Assembly: GCA_964435495.1 (NCBI GenBank)
Contig: CAYSZK010000001.1
Location: 699 to 64,698, forward strand
DNA length: 64,000 nt
Origin: an uncultured Verrucomicrobiales bacterium
GTDB taxonomy: Bacteria > Verrucomicrobiota > Verrucomicrobiia > JADLBR01 > JAIBCM01
Direction of reading: 5' to 3'
The notes beneath the pieces were generated by a model. It was not told the origin of the DNA. It saw only the letters and a list, made by a program, of their open reading frames with translations, and did not search any database. Shown one piece after another: positions 1 to 9,454 of this stretch (its first letter is position 1; every line of letters begins with the position of its first letter). The position numbers and the translations under genes are program-made.

Positions 1-1
1 T

Positions 2-793
2 TACGAGAACTACGGGGCGGACGCGATTCTGTGCGGGGCGCGTCCGGTGTTTGTGCGGTTGCACGCGCCAGGGTTCCGGTTTGACCCGGAGGAACTGCGG
101 GCGGCGATGCGCGGGGCGAAGGCGGTGGTGGTGTGCAATCCGTCCAATCCCTGCGGGCGGGTGTTCACGCGGGCGGAGCTGGAGGCCATTGGGGGGCTGG
201 CGGCGGAGAACGGCGCGTGGGTATTGATGGACGAGGTGTATGAACACATTGTGTATGAGCCCCACCGGCATGTGTACATGGCGGCGCTGCCGGGCATGTG
301 GGAGCGGACGCTCACGACGGGGTCGTTGTCGAAGACCTACTCGATTACGGGCTGGCGGCTTGGGTATGTGATTGGGCCGCCCGCGGCGATTGGGGCGGCG
401 CGAAAAGTGCATGATTTTCTAACCGTCGGAGCGGCGGCGCCGTTGCAGGCGGCGGCGGTGGCGGGGTTGCGGTTCCCGGATGCCTACTACGCGGAGTTGC
501 GCGGGGCGTACGCGCGGCGGCGGGAGTTGTTTCTGGGGTATTTGGAGCGGACGGGCCTGCCGTTCACGCGTCCGGAGGGGGCCTATTATGTGTTGGTGGA
601 CATTTCGCGGTTTGGGCGGGCGACGGACACGGAATTTTGCCGGTGGCTGGCGCGGGAGATCGGGGTGGCGGCGGTGCCGGGGTCGAGTTTTTTTGATGTG
701 CCGGAGCACCGGTTCATGCGGCTGCACTTTGCGAAGCGGGACGAGACCCTGCGCGAGGCGGGGCGGCGGCTGCTGAAACTGGCGGAGTTCTGA
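2..793 (+). CDS. PLP-dependent aminotransferase (class I/II), C-terminal part; 5' end lies outside the window
   Basis: The frame is open from base 2. The translation (…VVCNPSNPCGRVF…LSKTYSITGWRLGY…) has the typical fold-type I aminotransferase C-terminal small domain and the SK(T/S) region. Confidence 0.7.
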   Translation, partial: YENYGADAILCGARPVFVRLHAPGFRFDPEELRAAMRGAKAVVVCNPSNPCGRVFTRAELEAIGGLAAENGAWVLMDEVYEHIVYEPHRHVYMAALPGMWERTLTTGSLSKTYSITGWRLGYVIGPPAAIGAARKVHDFLTVGAAAPLQAAAVAGLRFPDAYYAELRGAYARRRELFLGYLERTGLPFTRPEGAYYVLVDISRFGRATDTEFCRWLAREIGVAAVPGSSFFDVPEHRFMRLHFAKRDETLREAGRRLLKLAEF

Positions 794-930
794 GCGCCCG
801 AATCGTGACGATGCGGGCCCGCCGCGGGATTCCGGTGCGCCCTTTGCCCGGATCGCAAGGATTCGGGCGCGTGCGCAAGGGAAATCGCGGCGTTGATTTG
901 GGGGGCGGGTTTGTGCTTATCTCGCGGGCT

Positions 931-3621
931 GTGGAATACAAGGCGACGCTGAATCTTCCGAAGACGGACTTTCCGATGAAGGCGGACCTTCCGGTCCGGG
1001 AGCCGGAACGGTTGGAGCAATGGGGGCGGGAGGACGTGTACCGGCGGCTGATGGAACGGCGGGCGGGGGGTCCGGAGTTTGTGCTTCACGACGGGCCGCC
1101 GTTCGCAAACGCGGACCTGCACATGGGCACGGCGTTGAACATGGCGCTCAAGGATATGGTGCTGAAGTCGCGGAGCATGGCGGGGTTCCGCGCGCCGTAC
1201 GTGCCGGGGTGGGACTGCCACGGCCTGCCGATTGAGCACAAGGTGATGAAAGAATCGGGCGCGGGCGCGATGTCCCCGGCGGAAATCCGGGCGAAGTGCG
1301 CGGCGTATGCCCGGAAGTTCATGGGCATCCAGAGCGGGCAGCGGCAGCGGCTGGGGGTGTTGGGGGAGTGGGACGATCCCTATTACACCATGGCGCCGGG
1401 GTACGAGGCGGATATCCTGCGCGTGTTCGCCGCGCTCGTGGGCAAGGGGCTTGTGTACCGCGGCCTGCGCCCCGTGCACTGGAGCACCGGCTGCCGCACC
1501 GCATTGGCTGAGGCCGAGATCGAGTACCAGCCGAAGACCGACCTTTCGGTGTACGTGAAGTTTCCGCTGGCGGACGCGGCCGGAGCGGGGTTGCCGGGGG
1601 ACACGGCGTTTCTGGTGTGGACGACGACGCCATGGACGCTTCCGGCAAACCTCGCGCTGGCGGTGGCGCCGGGGCTGGTGTACGGGCTGTTCGAAACCGC
1701 GCGCGGGCCGGTGATTGCCCTCGTGCCGCTTGCCGCGAAGTTGCCGGGCTTCGAACCGGGCGCCGCGCCGGTGCGGACGTGGGAGGGCGCGGAGCTGGAG
1801 GGCTGGGCGTTCCGGCATCCGTTCCTGGAGCGGGCGGGAAAGGTATTTGGGGCGGACTTTGTGACGGACGACACCGGCACGGGGATCGTGCACATCGCGC
1901 CGGGGCACGGCCAGGACGACTACGCGCTGGGGAGGGAGAAAGGGCTGGCGGTGTTGTCGCCGGTGGATGACGCGGGGCGGTTGACGGCGGAGGCGGGATT
2001 GCCGGAGTTGGCGGGGACCTACGTGTTCGACGCGAACCCGAAGATACGGGATTTGTTGCGGGAACGGGGCTTCTTGTGGGCGGAGGAAGAGTTTGCGCAC
2101 GAGTACCCGCATTGCTGGCGGTCGAAGACGCCGACGGTGTTCCGGGCGGTGCAGCAGTGGTTCATCAAGGTGGACGCGATCCGTGAGGAAGCGTTGCGCG
2201 CGATTGACGGTGTCACATGGGTCCCGGCGTGGGGGCGCAACCGCATCCGCGGCGCGGTGGAAAGCCGCCCGGACTGGTGCATTTCGCGCCAGCGCACCTG
2301 GGGTGTGCCGATCCCGGTGTTCTTCCGCGCGGACGGCGAGCCAGTGCTTGAGGAGCGCGTGATCCGGCGGTTCGCGGACTTTGTGGAGCAGCACGGGACG
2401 GACCTGTGGTTTGTGGCTTCCCATGGCGAGTTGGGAAAGGCGCTGGGGCTGGGGCCGGGGCTGGAGAAAGGGCGGGACACGCTGGACGTGTGGATCGACT
2501 CCGGTGTGAGCCACACGGCGGTGGTGCGCAAGCGGCTGCGGTTTCCGGCGGACCTGTATCTTGAGGGAAGCGACCAGCATCGCGGATGGTTCCAGTCGTC
2601 GCTGCTGACGTCGGTGGCGGCGCACGGGGTGGCGCCTTTCAAACAGGTGCTCACGCACGGGTTCGTGCTGGACGAGGACCGGAAGAAAATCTCGAAATCG
2701 GCCACCTACGAAAAGCCGATGGACCTGATGAGTTTCGTGAACCGGCACGGCGCGGACGTGGTGCGGCTGTGGGTGGCGAGCCAGGATTTCCGGGACGACG
2801 TGCCGTTCTCGGAGGAAATCTTCCAGCGCGTGGCGGAGACCTACCGCTCGATCCGGAACACCCTCCGGATTCTCCTGGGGAATCTGGCGGGGTTCGACCC
2901 GGCGCGCGACGCCGTGGCGTGGGACAGGATGACTTCAATTGATCGCCACATCCTCCTGCGCTTGCAGGCGGTGGAGGCGGAGGCAATCGGCGGGTACGAC
3001 CGGTACGAGTTCCATGTGGCCTATCACGCGCTGAACCGGTTTTGCGCGGTGGACTTGTCGGCCTTCTACGTGGATGCGCTCAAGGACCGGATGTATTGCG
3101 ACGCGGCGCGGTCGGAGCGGCGGCGGTCGGCGCAGACAGCGATGCGGGAGGCGGCGTCGAGCCTCTGCCGGCTGCTTGCGCCGATGGCGCCGTTCACGGC
3201 CGACGAGGCGTGGCGGGCGCTGGGCGGGCGGGAGTGCGTGCACTTGGAGGAGTTCCCGAAGCCGGTCCGGTTCGCGGCGGCGCCGGGGTTCGAGGAGGGA
3301 TTCGGCGCGATCCTGGGCGTGCGTGAGAAAGTGAACGCGGCGCTGGAACCATTGCGGCGGGAGAAGCGGATCGGGAAGAGCCTTGAGGCGGCGGTCGAAG
3401 TCGGGACGGAGCTGTTGTCGGCCCGCGACGCCGGGGAGTTGGCGGAAATTTTCAACGTGTCGCAGGTGGCGTTTGTGAACGGGGACGGCGTTCGCGCGTT
3501 TCCGGCGGAGGGGAAAAAGTGCGTGCGCTGCTGGCGGGTGCTGCCGGATGTGGGCTTGAACGCAATGCATCCGGAGCTTTGTCCGAGGTGCGTGGAGGCG
3601 GTGGAGGGGGGAGGATCGTAG
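931..3621 (+). CDS. ileS: isoleucine--tRNA ligase
   Basis: The HIGH-type motif (ADLHMGTA), KISKS (KMSKS) and the C-terminal Zn-finger CxxC…CxxC are present. The N-terminus 'VEYKATLNLPKTDFPM' matches the canonical IleRS start, so the GTG at 931 is preferred over the upstream ORF-track start at 805. Confidence 0.93.
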   Translation: MEYKATLNLPKTDFPMKADLPVREPERLEQWGREDVYRRLMERRAGGPEFVLHDGPPFANADLHMGTALNMALKDMVLKSRSMAGFRAPYVPGWDCHGLPIEHKVMKESGAGAMSPAEIRAKCAAYARKFMGIQSGQRQRLGVLGEWDDPYYTMAPGYEADILRVFAALVGKGLVYRGLRPVHWSTGCRTALAEAEIEYQPKTDLSVYVKFPLADAAGAGLPGDTAFLVWTTTPWTLPANLALAVAPGLVYGLFETARGPVIALVPLAAKLPGFEPGAAPVRTWEGAELEGWAFRHPFLERAGKVFGADFVTDDTGTGIVHIAPGHGQDDYALGREKGLAVLSPVDDAGRLTAEAGLPELAGTYVFDANPKIRDLLRERGFLWAEEEFAHEYPHCWRSKTPTVFRAVQQWFIKVDAIREEALRAIDGVTWVPAWGRNRIRGAVESRPDWCISRQRTWGVPIPVFFRADGEPVLEERVIRRFADFVEQHGTDLWFVASHGELGKALGLGPGLEKGRDTLDVWIDSGVSHTAVVRKRLRFPADLYLEGSDQHRGWFQSSLLTSVAAHGVAPFKQVLTHGFVLDEDRKKISKSATYEKPMDLMSFVNRHGADVVRLWVASQDFRDDVPFSEEIFQRVAETYRSIRNTLRILLGNLAGFDPARDAVAWDRMTSIDRHILLRLQAVEAEAIGGYDRYEFHVAYHALNRFCAVDLSAFYVDALKDRMYCDAARSERRRSAQTAMREAASSLCRLLAPMAPFTADEAWRALGGRECVHLEEFPKPVRFAAAPGFEEGFGAILGVREKVNAALEPLRREKRIGKSLEAAVEVGTELLSARDAGELAEIFNVSQVAFVNGDGVRAFPAEGKKCVRCWRVLPDVGLNAMHPELCPRCVEAVEGGGS

Positions 3622-3714
3622 CCGATGGCCGGTCAAGGAGGTCCGAGCGGATCTCCAGAGATAGATTCCGCCTGCGCGCGTCCAGCGAAACCTCAACCGC
3701 CCGGGGGCGGCCCG

Positions 3715-5133
3715 TCAAGCCCCCTGCTCGCGCGGAATCCGGGCTGGCCGTTTGTGCGCGTCGCTGGCGCGGGACGTTGGCGCCTCGGCCGGGTCGCGGC
3801 CCGCCGCTTCCCCCTCGCGCCCCCGCCGCCCGATCCCCCACGCCCGAACCCGCGCCCAATACGCCAGATTCACGCCCGCCACAAACGGCAGCGTCGCCCA
3901 GCCGCGCGGACGCGCCAGGTGCCGCCCCACCCGGCGCGCAATCCGCCAGGGCCGGTAAAACTCCCGCGTGATCCAATCGTGCCCCCGCTGCAGTTGGCCC
4001 GCCGTCATCCGCTCGGGATGAAACACGGTATGATGAAAGTCGTAATGCGCCCAGTCCCAGTCAAAAATCCGCCCCGCCCACCGTTTGTGGGCCGGGGTCC
4101 CCGGCAACGGCGTGAAGATCGAGAATTGGACCGCGTCCACGCCCACCGCGTCCAGCGCGGCCAGGGTCCGGGCAAACGTCTCGGGCCCGTCCTCCGGAAA
4201 CCCCAGCACGATCCCCGCCTCCACCCCGATCCCGTTCCGGTGGAACGCATCCACCAGCGCCCTGTAGCGGTCGATCCGGTTGAACCCTTTCTCCATCGCT
4301 TCCAGGTTTCCGCTCGAGAAGGTTTCCATCCCCACAAACACTCCAATGCACCCTGATTCCGCGGCCGCCGCCACAAACCCCGGATCCTCCGCGACGTCCA
4401 GAGTCGCCTGGGTCATCCACCGCTTGCCCAACGGCGCCAGCGCCTCGAACAACGCCCGCGCATACCCGCGGTCCGCCGCCAGGTTGTCGTCCATAAACAG
4501 CACGTACTTGTCCGCCACCGCCGCCAGTTCCGCGGCCACCTCGGCCACCGGGCGGCGCGAATGCGCGCCCCCGTGAAACGCCGACACCGCGCAAAACCCG
4601 CACCGGTTCGGGCACCCCCGCGTTGCCTCGACCGGATACACCGGCGCGTAGCGCCGCCGGTCAATCAAGTCGTGCCTGGGCGCGCCCAATCCCGCCAGCC
4701 CATCCTCCGGCGCCCCGCGATAAACCCCGCCCAACCGCCCCGCCACCGCGTCCGCCACCGCGCGCGGCCATGCGCCTTCCGCCCCGCCCGCCACCACGGC
4801 GTCCGCGTGCCCCAGCGCCTCGCCCGTGCACAACGTCGGATGCATCCCCCCAAGCACCACGGGAACGCCCCGTGCCCGGAACCGCGCCGCAATCTCATAC
4901 GCCCGCGGCGCCAGCGCCGTCATGCATGTGATTCCCACCAGCCCCGCGTCCGCGTCCCACGGAACCGCGTCAAGCTGTTCGTCCACAATCCGAATCCGGT
5001 GCCCGGTCGGCGTCGCCGCCGCCACCCGCAGCAGGCTCAGCAGCGAAAACCGGAACGTACGGCCATTCCCGAACCGGCGGCGCCCGACTTGCCGCCAATG
5101 CCCCGACGCGGGCGCGATGAGTAGAATGTTCAC
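3715..5133 (-). CDS. B12-binding-domain radical SAM protein (class B rSAM)
   Basis: The N-terminus has a cobalamin-binding Rossmann region (ILLIAP…GITCMT…VVLGGMHPT). This is followed by a CPNRCGFC (CxxxCxxC) radical SAM motif. Confidence 0.8.
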   Translation of the reverse strand: MNILLIAPASGHWRQVGRRRFGNGRTFRFSLLSLLRVAAATPTGHRIRIVDEQLDAVPWDADAGLVGITCMTALAPRAYEIAARFRARGVPVVLGGMHPTLCTGEALGHADAVVAGGAEGAWPRAVADAVAGRLGGVYRGAPEDGLAGLGAPRHDLIDRRRYAPVYPVEATRGCPNRCGFCAVSAFHGGAHSRRPVAEVAAELAAVADKYVLFMDDNLAADRGYARALFEALAPLGKRWMTQATLDVAEDPGFVAAAAESGCIGVFVGMETFSSGNLEAMEKGFNRIDRYRALVDAFHRNGIGVEAGIVLGFPEDGPETFARTLAALDAVGVDAVQFSIFTPLPGTPAHKRWAGRIFDWDWAHYDFHHTVFHPERMTAGQLQRGHDWITREFYRPWRIARRVGRHLARPRGWATLPFVAGVNLAYWARVRAWGIGRRGREGEAAGRDPAEAPTSRASDAHKRPARIPREQGA

Positions 5134-5258
5134 GCTTTGAACCTGCCCCGAACCCGCGGGAGTGGGAAATTGATTGGATTTGGATGTATATTGATCCCAT
5201 CAATGGCCTATGGCTGCGAAACCCGTGCCGCACGCGACGGGAGGTTCCCCGCATGGGG

Positions 5259-5830
5259 CTAGTCCAAGATCCGCCGAATCCTCCGGATGTTCTCTTCGAC
5301 GGGCCGCAGGCCATCGAGAACGAGCCGCCGCGCATAGGCCGCCGGCAGGCCGTCGGACGGGGGGTTCGCAATGCGCTCCCAGTTCTTCCGCAATTGCGCG
5401 GGCCACTCCGCCACATCGGGATTGCGGCGTGCGACACGCTCCACGGCGCGACGTCCCGCGGAATGAGCAGTTGGATAAACAAGTCGGCGGGCGGGAACGG
5501 AAGCATGGAATCCACGAGGACGATGGGACGAAGGGTGAAGCGATTCCAGCCGGACTCCTCGGCGATCCGGCGGAAGGCGCGGAAATCGTACTCGGGACAG
5601 GCGCACACGGTTCCGACGGGCTGCGCCAGTTGGCGGGCAAGCCTTGGGAAATCGAAGCCGAGGTTTGAGAGCATCCGGCCGTCCCGGTCCTCAAGGTAGA
5701 AATCCGAGTTGATCGCCGTCATCCGCGCCTCGCCGTATTCCGCTTGCAGCGCGCGGGCCAGGGTGGATTTTCCGGCCCCGGAAGGGCCGAAGAGATTGAC
5801 TATGCGTTTGTCGGGCGGGGATGGGTTCAT
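5259..5830 (-). CDS. udk: uridine kinase / phosphoribulokinase-family P-loop nucleoside kinase, apparently frameshifted near 5445-5450
   Basis: Walker A (GPSGAGKST) and the Udk-like segments (CPEYDF…, IVLVDSML, LLIPRDVA) continue in the -1 frame (VERVARRNPDVAEW…NIRRIRRILD). The join is at a gcgcc|gtgg C-run; one extra C restores a ~190-aa Udk-like protein. Confidence 0.55.
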
Positions 5831-5964
5831 CGGGAAACATTGAAACCATCATGCGGTCGGGAGGAATGGCCGGCGATGGGGTGGGGGAGATGGAATGTGG
5901 GAGATGGCCGGGCTGCGTTCGAAGTGCGCCTGCCCGTCCAGGGGTGTCATGGGAGCGATCGATT

Positions 5965-6330
5965 TCAGATCGAATACGGAAAGCGGACGCGGGGATCGTC
6001 TTTGGGGAAGTCCCGGCGGTTGCGGGTGACGAGGATGCATCCTTCCACATCGGCGCTGGCGAGGACCACGGCATCGGGCAGTTTGAGGCGGAGGTCCCGG
6101 CGGAGTTCCACGGCACGGCGTGCCACTTGCTCATTCAACTCCACCCGCGAGAGGGTGGCCAGCAGAGTATTCACCGCGACGGTTTCTCCCGGATCCCGCG
6201 CCCCGCAATGCAGCTCGATGAACGAGATCATCGAGTAATGCGGCTGGCGATAACGCGCCAATTCCTCGCGGGCTTCGGGCATCCCTTGCAGGAAATCGAT
6301 CAACACGTCGGTATCCAATATCGCTTTCAT
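5965..6330 (-). CDS. vapC: PIN-domain toxin, VapC family
   Basis: MKAILDTDVLIDF… carries the PIN acidic residues (D5/D7…, D near the C-terminus). It is 121 aa and sits immediately downstream of a small RHH antitoxin gene. Confidence 0.85.
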   Translation of the reverse strand: MKAILDTDVLIDFLQGMPEAREELARYRQPHYSMISFIELHCGARDPGETVAVNTLLATLSRVELNEQVARRAVELRRDLRLKLPDAVVLASADVEGCILVTRNRRDFPKDDPRVRFPYSI

Positions 6331-6342
6331 GAGGGCCGCGAT

Positions 6343-6558
6343 TCACCGCCATTCGTCGCGCAGGGTTTTCACGACGGCGCGGCTGTCGCCTCTGGACGAC
6401 CAGGCCCCGAAAGCGGCGTCCCGGCGGCCGTTTCTCTGGGTGGCCAACAGTTGATCGACAGCGCGACGGATCGCTTCGGCGCGTGAAATCTTTTCCCGAG
6501 CGCAGAAGTCGCCTAGTGCCGCCACCTGCCTTTCTGCAAGGTCAATAATGGTTCGCAT
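6343..6558 (-). CDS. vapB: ribbon-helix-helix antitoxin (VapB/CopG-like)
   Basis: The product is about 72 aa (MRTIIDLAERQVAAL…) and lies upstream of and adjacent to vapC. The internal Met was chosen as the start. Confidence 0.7.
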   Translation of the reverse strand: MRTIIDLAERQVAALGDFCAREKISRAEAIRRAVDQLLATQRNGRRDAAFGAWSSRGDSRAVVKTLRDEWR

Positions 6559-6709
6559 GATGACGCCATCATATATCATTCATTGGAGTTGGCAAGTTCT
6601 GGCTCCCCAGGCAACCTTACGGCTTCGGGTTTCCGGCAGCTCAACAGAGGTTACGAGGTGTGGACCCATGAACCGCGGAGGACGGGGTGGGGGGAATGGG
6701 GCGAAAGCG

Positions 6710-6780
6710 TTGCCCGACATGGATTCGAACCATGACCAGAGGCTCCAAAGACCTCTGTGCTACCCTTACACCATCGGGCA
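6710..6780 (-). tRNA. tRNA-Gln (anticodon UUG)
   Basis: I folded it by hand: a 7-bp acceptor stem TGCCCGA/TCGGGCA, D-stem GTGT/GCAC, anticodon stem GAGGT/GCCTC with loop CTTTGGA (U33, anticodon TTG), T-stem CATGG/CCATG with the canonical TTCGAAT loop, and discriminator A. It has the U1:A72 pair seen in E. coli tRNA-Gln. Confidence 0.9.
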
Positions 6781-6833
6781 GGTGAAGACCCATCATTCTC
6801 GCCCGAAAGCGGGCTGGTGGCAAGCAGGGAGTG

Positions 6834-8027
6834 TCAACCGCCTTCGCTGAGGCGTTTCTTCGGGGCCTCGGCAAAAAGTTCGTGGGCCTCGCGGAGGATG
6901 GCGGGGATGCGGTCGGCGAAGGGGCTGGCGGCGACGGCCTTGCGGACGGCGGCTTCGTCGAACTCGGCGGCGTTGGTTCCGGGGAACCAATGCCCGGCGT
7001 TGCCCATGAGATTGTAGCGCATCTTGCCGAAGGCGACCAGGTCAAGGGCCTTGGCCCACGACCAGAGCCGGACGATTTCGCGGACGTTGAGCTGGTTGGG
7101 CATTTCGGTGTATTCGGGGAGGCCTTCGGGCCAGCGTTTCCACCACTCCTCGCCGAGGGCGTCGTTCATGGCGGCGCGGAGGCGCTGTTCGATGGGGGCG
7201 ATGGCCTCGGCGGCGCGGTCGTAGTGTTCGAGCGCGGCGATGTGTTCGTCGAAGTCGGACGGGCGGGCGGCGCCGAGGGAAAGCGTGTGGACCTGGGGGC
7301 GGGCGAGGCACCAGAGGTCGTTGAACTGCATGGGGGTGAGGGGCTGGCAGAGGCCGGCGAGGCGCGCGGGGGCTTCATAGAGTTTGCCGCCTTTGTCGTT
7401 GGGGCTGATGATGAAGACGCCCATGTCGAGGCGTGCGGCGGCCTCGACCGCGGGCCAGTTGAGTTCATTGACGAAGTACCAGTGCAGATTGACGTAGTCG
7501 AAGGCGTTGGTTTCGATGGCCTGGAGGATGATCCCGCAGGGGGCGTGGGTGGAGAAGCCAATGAACCGGCAACGGCCTTCGCGCTGGAGCTGGCGGGCGC
7601 CGTCAAGGGCGCCGTCCTTGCGGATGGCGCGGTCGAGGCATCCGGCGTCGTTGATGCCGTGGAGCGAGAGAAGATCGACGTATTCGATGCCGAGATACTT
7701 CATTGACGTGTTGAACGTCTCGAGAAACTCGGCGCCGGTCTCCGCGGGGGCGACCTTGGTTTGGACGATGATCTTCCCGCGCGGAAGCGCGGGGAGCACG
7801 CGGCCGAGCTGCATTTCGGAGGAGCCGTAGCCGCGGGCGGTTTCGATGTGGTTGATGCCGAGCTCCACGGCGCGGTGGATGGTGGCTTCGAGGTTGGCCT
7901 GGTTGTCGGCGGGGATTTCCTCGGGAGGCACGTCCTGCCATTTGTGCTGGTAGCGCATGCCGCCGCAGGAAAAGACGGGCATTTGAAGGTTGGTGCGTCC
8001 AAACCGGCGGTAGCGCATGGAGGCCAT
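6834..8027 (-). CDS. aldo/keto reductase family oxidoreductase
   Basis: The translation shows AKR signatures throughout (…[12 protein letters not shown]…, NAD(P)-binding C-terminal region). Confidence 0.85.
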   Translation of the reverse strand: MASMRYRRFGRTNLQMPVFSCGGMRYQHKWQDVPPEEIPADNQANLEATIHRAVELGINHIETARGYGSSEMQLGRVLPALPRGKIIVQTKVAPAETGAEFLETFNTSMKYLGIEYVDLLSLHGINDAGCLDRAIRKDGALDGARQLQREGRCRFIGFSTHAPCGIILQAIETNAFDYVNLHWYFVNELNWPAVEAAARLDMGVFIISPNDKGGKLYEAPARLAGLCQPLTPMQFNDLWCLARPQVHTLSLGAARPSDFDEHIAALEHYDRAAEAIAPIEQRLRAAMNDALGEEWWKRWPEGLPEYTEMPNQLNVREIVRLWSWAKALDLVAFGKMRYNLMGNAGHWFPGTNAAEFDEAAVRKAVAASPFADRIPAILREAHELFAEAPKKRLSEGG

Positions 8028-8078
8028 GGGGGGAAGATTACGCGGCGCGGGGGCTGGGGGAAAGCACGAAGCGTTGGG

Positions 8079-9386
8079 TCAGGGTTTCACGATGATGCGC
8101 GAGCCGCGTTTGTACATGGCGTAGCTGTAGAACCATTGGAGAAGAACGGCAATGCGGTTGCGGAACCCGACAAGGAACACCAAATGGACGAAGAGCCAGG
8201 CGAGCCAAGCCGGGTAGCCGGTGAGCCGGACCGGGCCGATGTGGGCGATGGCGGCGGAGCGCCCGATGGTGGCCATGGAGCCCTTGTCAAAATAACGGAA
8301 CGGGGGGCGCGACAAAGGTTCCGCGGCGGCGGGGTTATCGATGGCGGCGGCGATGAGGCGGGCGGTGTGGCGGCCCATCTGCATGGCAGCGGGGGAGACG
8401 CCGGGGACGGGTTTGCCGTCTTCGCCTGTGACGGAGGCGATGTCGCCGATGGCAAAGGCGTGGGGATGGCCGGGGAGCGAGAGATCGGGAAGGACCTTGA
8501 GGCGTCCGGCGCGGTCGGTTTCGACGCCCAGGGCGCGGGTGATGGGCGGGGCGGCGACGCCGGCGGACCAGATGACGTTGGGAGTTTCGATGCGTCCGGG
8601 GTGGGCGCCTTCGAGCGTGACGGTTCCGGGGGCGAGGTCCTTGACGCGGGTGTTGAGGAGGATTTCGACGCCCATTTGTTCGAGCTTGAGGCGGGCGTTT
8701 TCGGCGAGGCCGTCCGGGAACTGGCCGAGGAGCCGGGGGGAGGCTTCAACCAGGAGGATGCGCGTCTCAGCGGGGTTGATATGGTCGAAGTCGCGGCGGA
8801 GGACGTGGCGGGCGAGTTCGGCGAGGGCGCCGGCGAGCTCGACGCCGGTGGGGCCGCCGCCGACAACGGCGAGGGTCATAAGGGCGCGGCGGCGGGCGGG
8901 GTCGGGCTCCATCTCGGCGCGCTCGAAAGCGGCGAGGACGTTGGCGCGGATGGCCATGGCGTCGGCGAGGGATTTCAGGCCGGGGGCGTGCGCGGCCCAT
9001 TCGGGGTGGCCGAAATACGAAGTGGCCACGCCGAGGGCGAGGACGAGGAAATCGAAGGGGAGCTCCCGGGAGGCCAGGGTGGCGCGGCGGTTTGGGAGGT
9101 CGATGCCGAGGACGTCGTCCATGAGGACGTTGAGGTTGGGGGCGCGGTTGAGGATGGCGCGGAGGGGTTGGGCGATTTCCGGGGCGGACAAGCCGGCGGT
9201 GGCGACCTGGTAGAGGAGGGGCTGGAAGAGGTGATGATTCTGGCGGTCCACGAGCGTGACGGAGGCGCGTGGGTGGCGGAAGGCCTGGCAGAAGGCGAGT
9301 CCGCCGAAGCCGCCGCCAAGGACGAGCACGCGGGCGGGCGAGGGGGGTTGCATGGAGGAGGGTAGGTGGGGCACGCGGGATTGCAA
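8079..9386 (-). CDS. ndh: NAD(P)/FAD-dependent oxidoreductase, type II NADH dehydrogenase (NDH-2)-like
   Basis: There are two dinucleotide-binding GxGxxG motifs (VLVLGGGFGG…, LAVVGGGPTGVE) and a C-terminal amphipathic membrane-anchor region. Confidence 0.8.
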   Translation of the reverse strand: MQSRVPHLPSSMQPPSPARVLVLGGGFGGLAFCQAFRHPRASVTLVDRQNHHLFQPLLYQVATAGLSAPEIAQPLRAILNRAPNLNVLMDDVLGIDLPNRRATLASRELPFDFLVLALGVATSYFGHPEWAAHAPGLKSLADAMAIRANVLAAFERAEMEPDPARRRALMTLAVVGGGPTGVELAGALAELARHVLRRDFDHINPAETRILLVEASPRLLGQFPDGLAENARLKLEQMGVEILLNTRVKDLAPGTVTLEGAHPGRIETPNVIWSAGVAAPPITRALGVETDRAGRLKVLPDLSLPGHPHAFAIGDIASVTGEDGKPVPGVSPAAMQMGRHTARLIAAAIDNPAAAEPLSRPPFRYFDKGSMATIGRSAAIAHIGPVRLTGYPAWLAWLFVHLVFLVGFRNRIAVLLQWFYSYAMYKRGSRIIVKP

Positions 9387-9454
9387 CCGGGGTTCAGCGG
9401 GGCGTTTGAATTGAGGCTGGCGCGCGGTGGGAATGCGGCTAGATTCTCTGGAAG

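Noticed and set aside
794-930. T-box or other leader upstream of ileS
   Set aside because: There is no specifier/T-box consensus, and T-boxes are not expected in this lineage.
586-2748. 720-aa ORF antisense to ileS
   Set aside because: It is Arg/Pro/His-rich and low-complexity, lies entirely inside the strongly supported ileS on the other strand, and is a typical high-GC antisense artefact.
4970-5258. C-terminal 96 codons of the 286-aa ORF 4970..5830
   Set aside because: Composition turns to Arg/Gly/Ser-rich junk after the frameshift point. The -1 frame (stop at 5259) carries the Udk-like C-terminus instead.
3700-6700. Direct repeat of the tRNA-Gln 3' end that would delimit an integrated element
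   Set aside because: I could not find a convincing ≥15-nt match by eye, and no integrase is present, so an island is not claimed.
6548-6850. 100-aa plus-strand ORF
   Set aside because: It overlaps the hand-folded tRNA-Gln and has no protein-like features.
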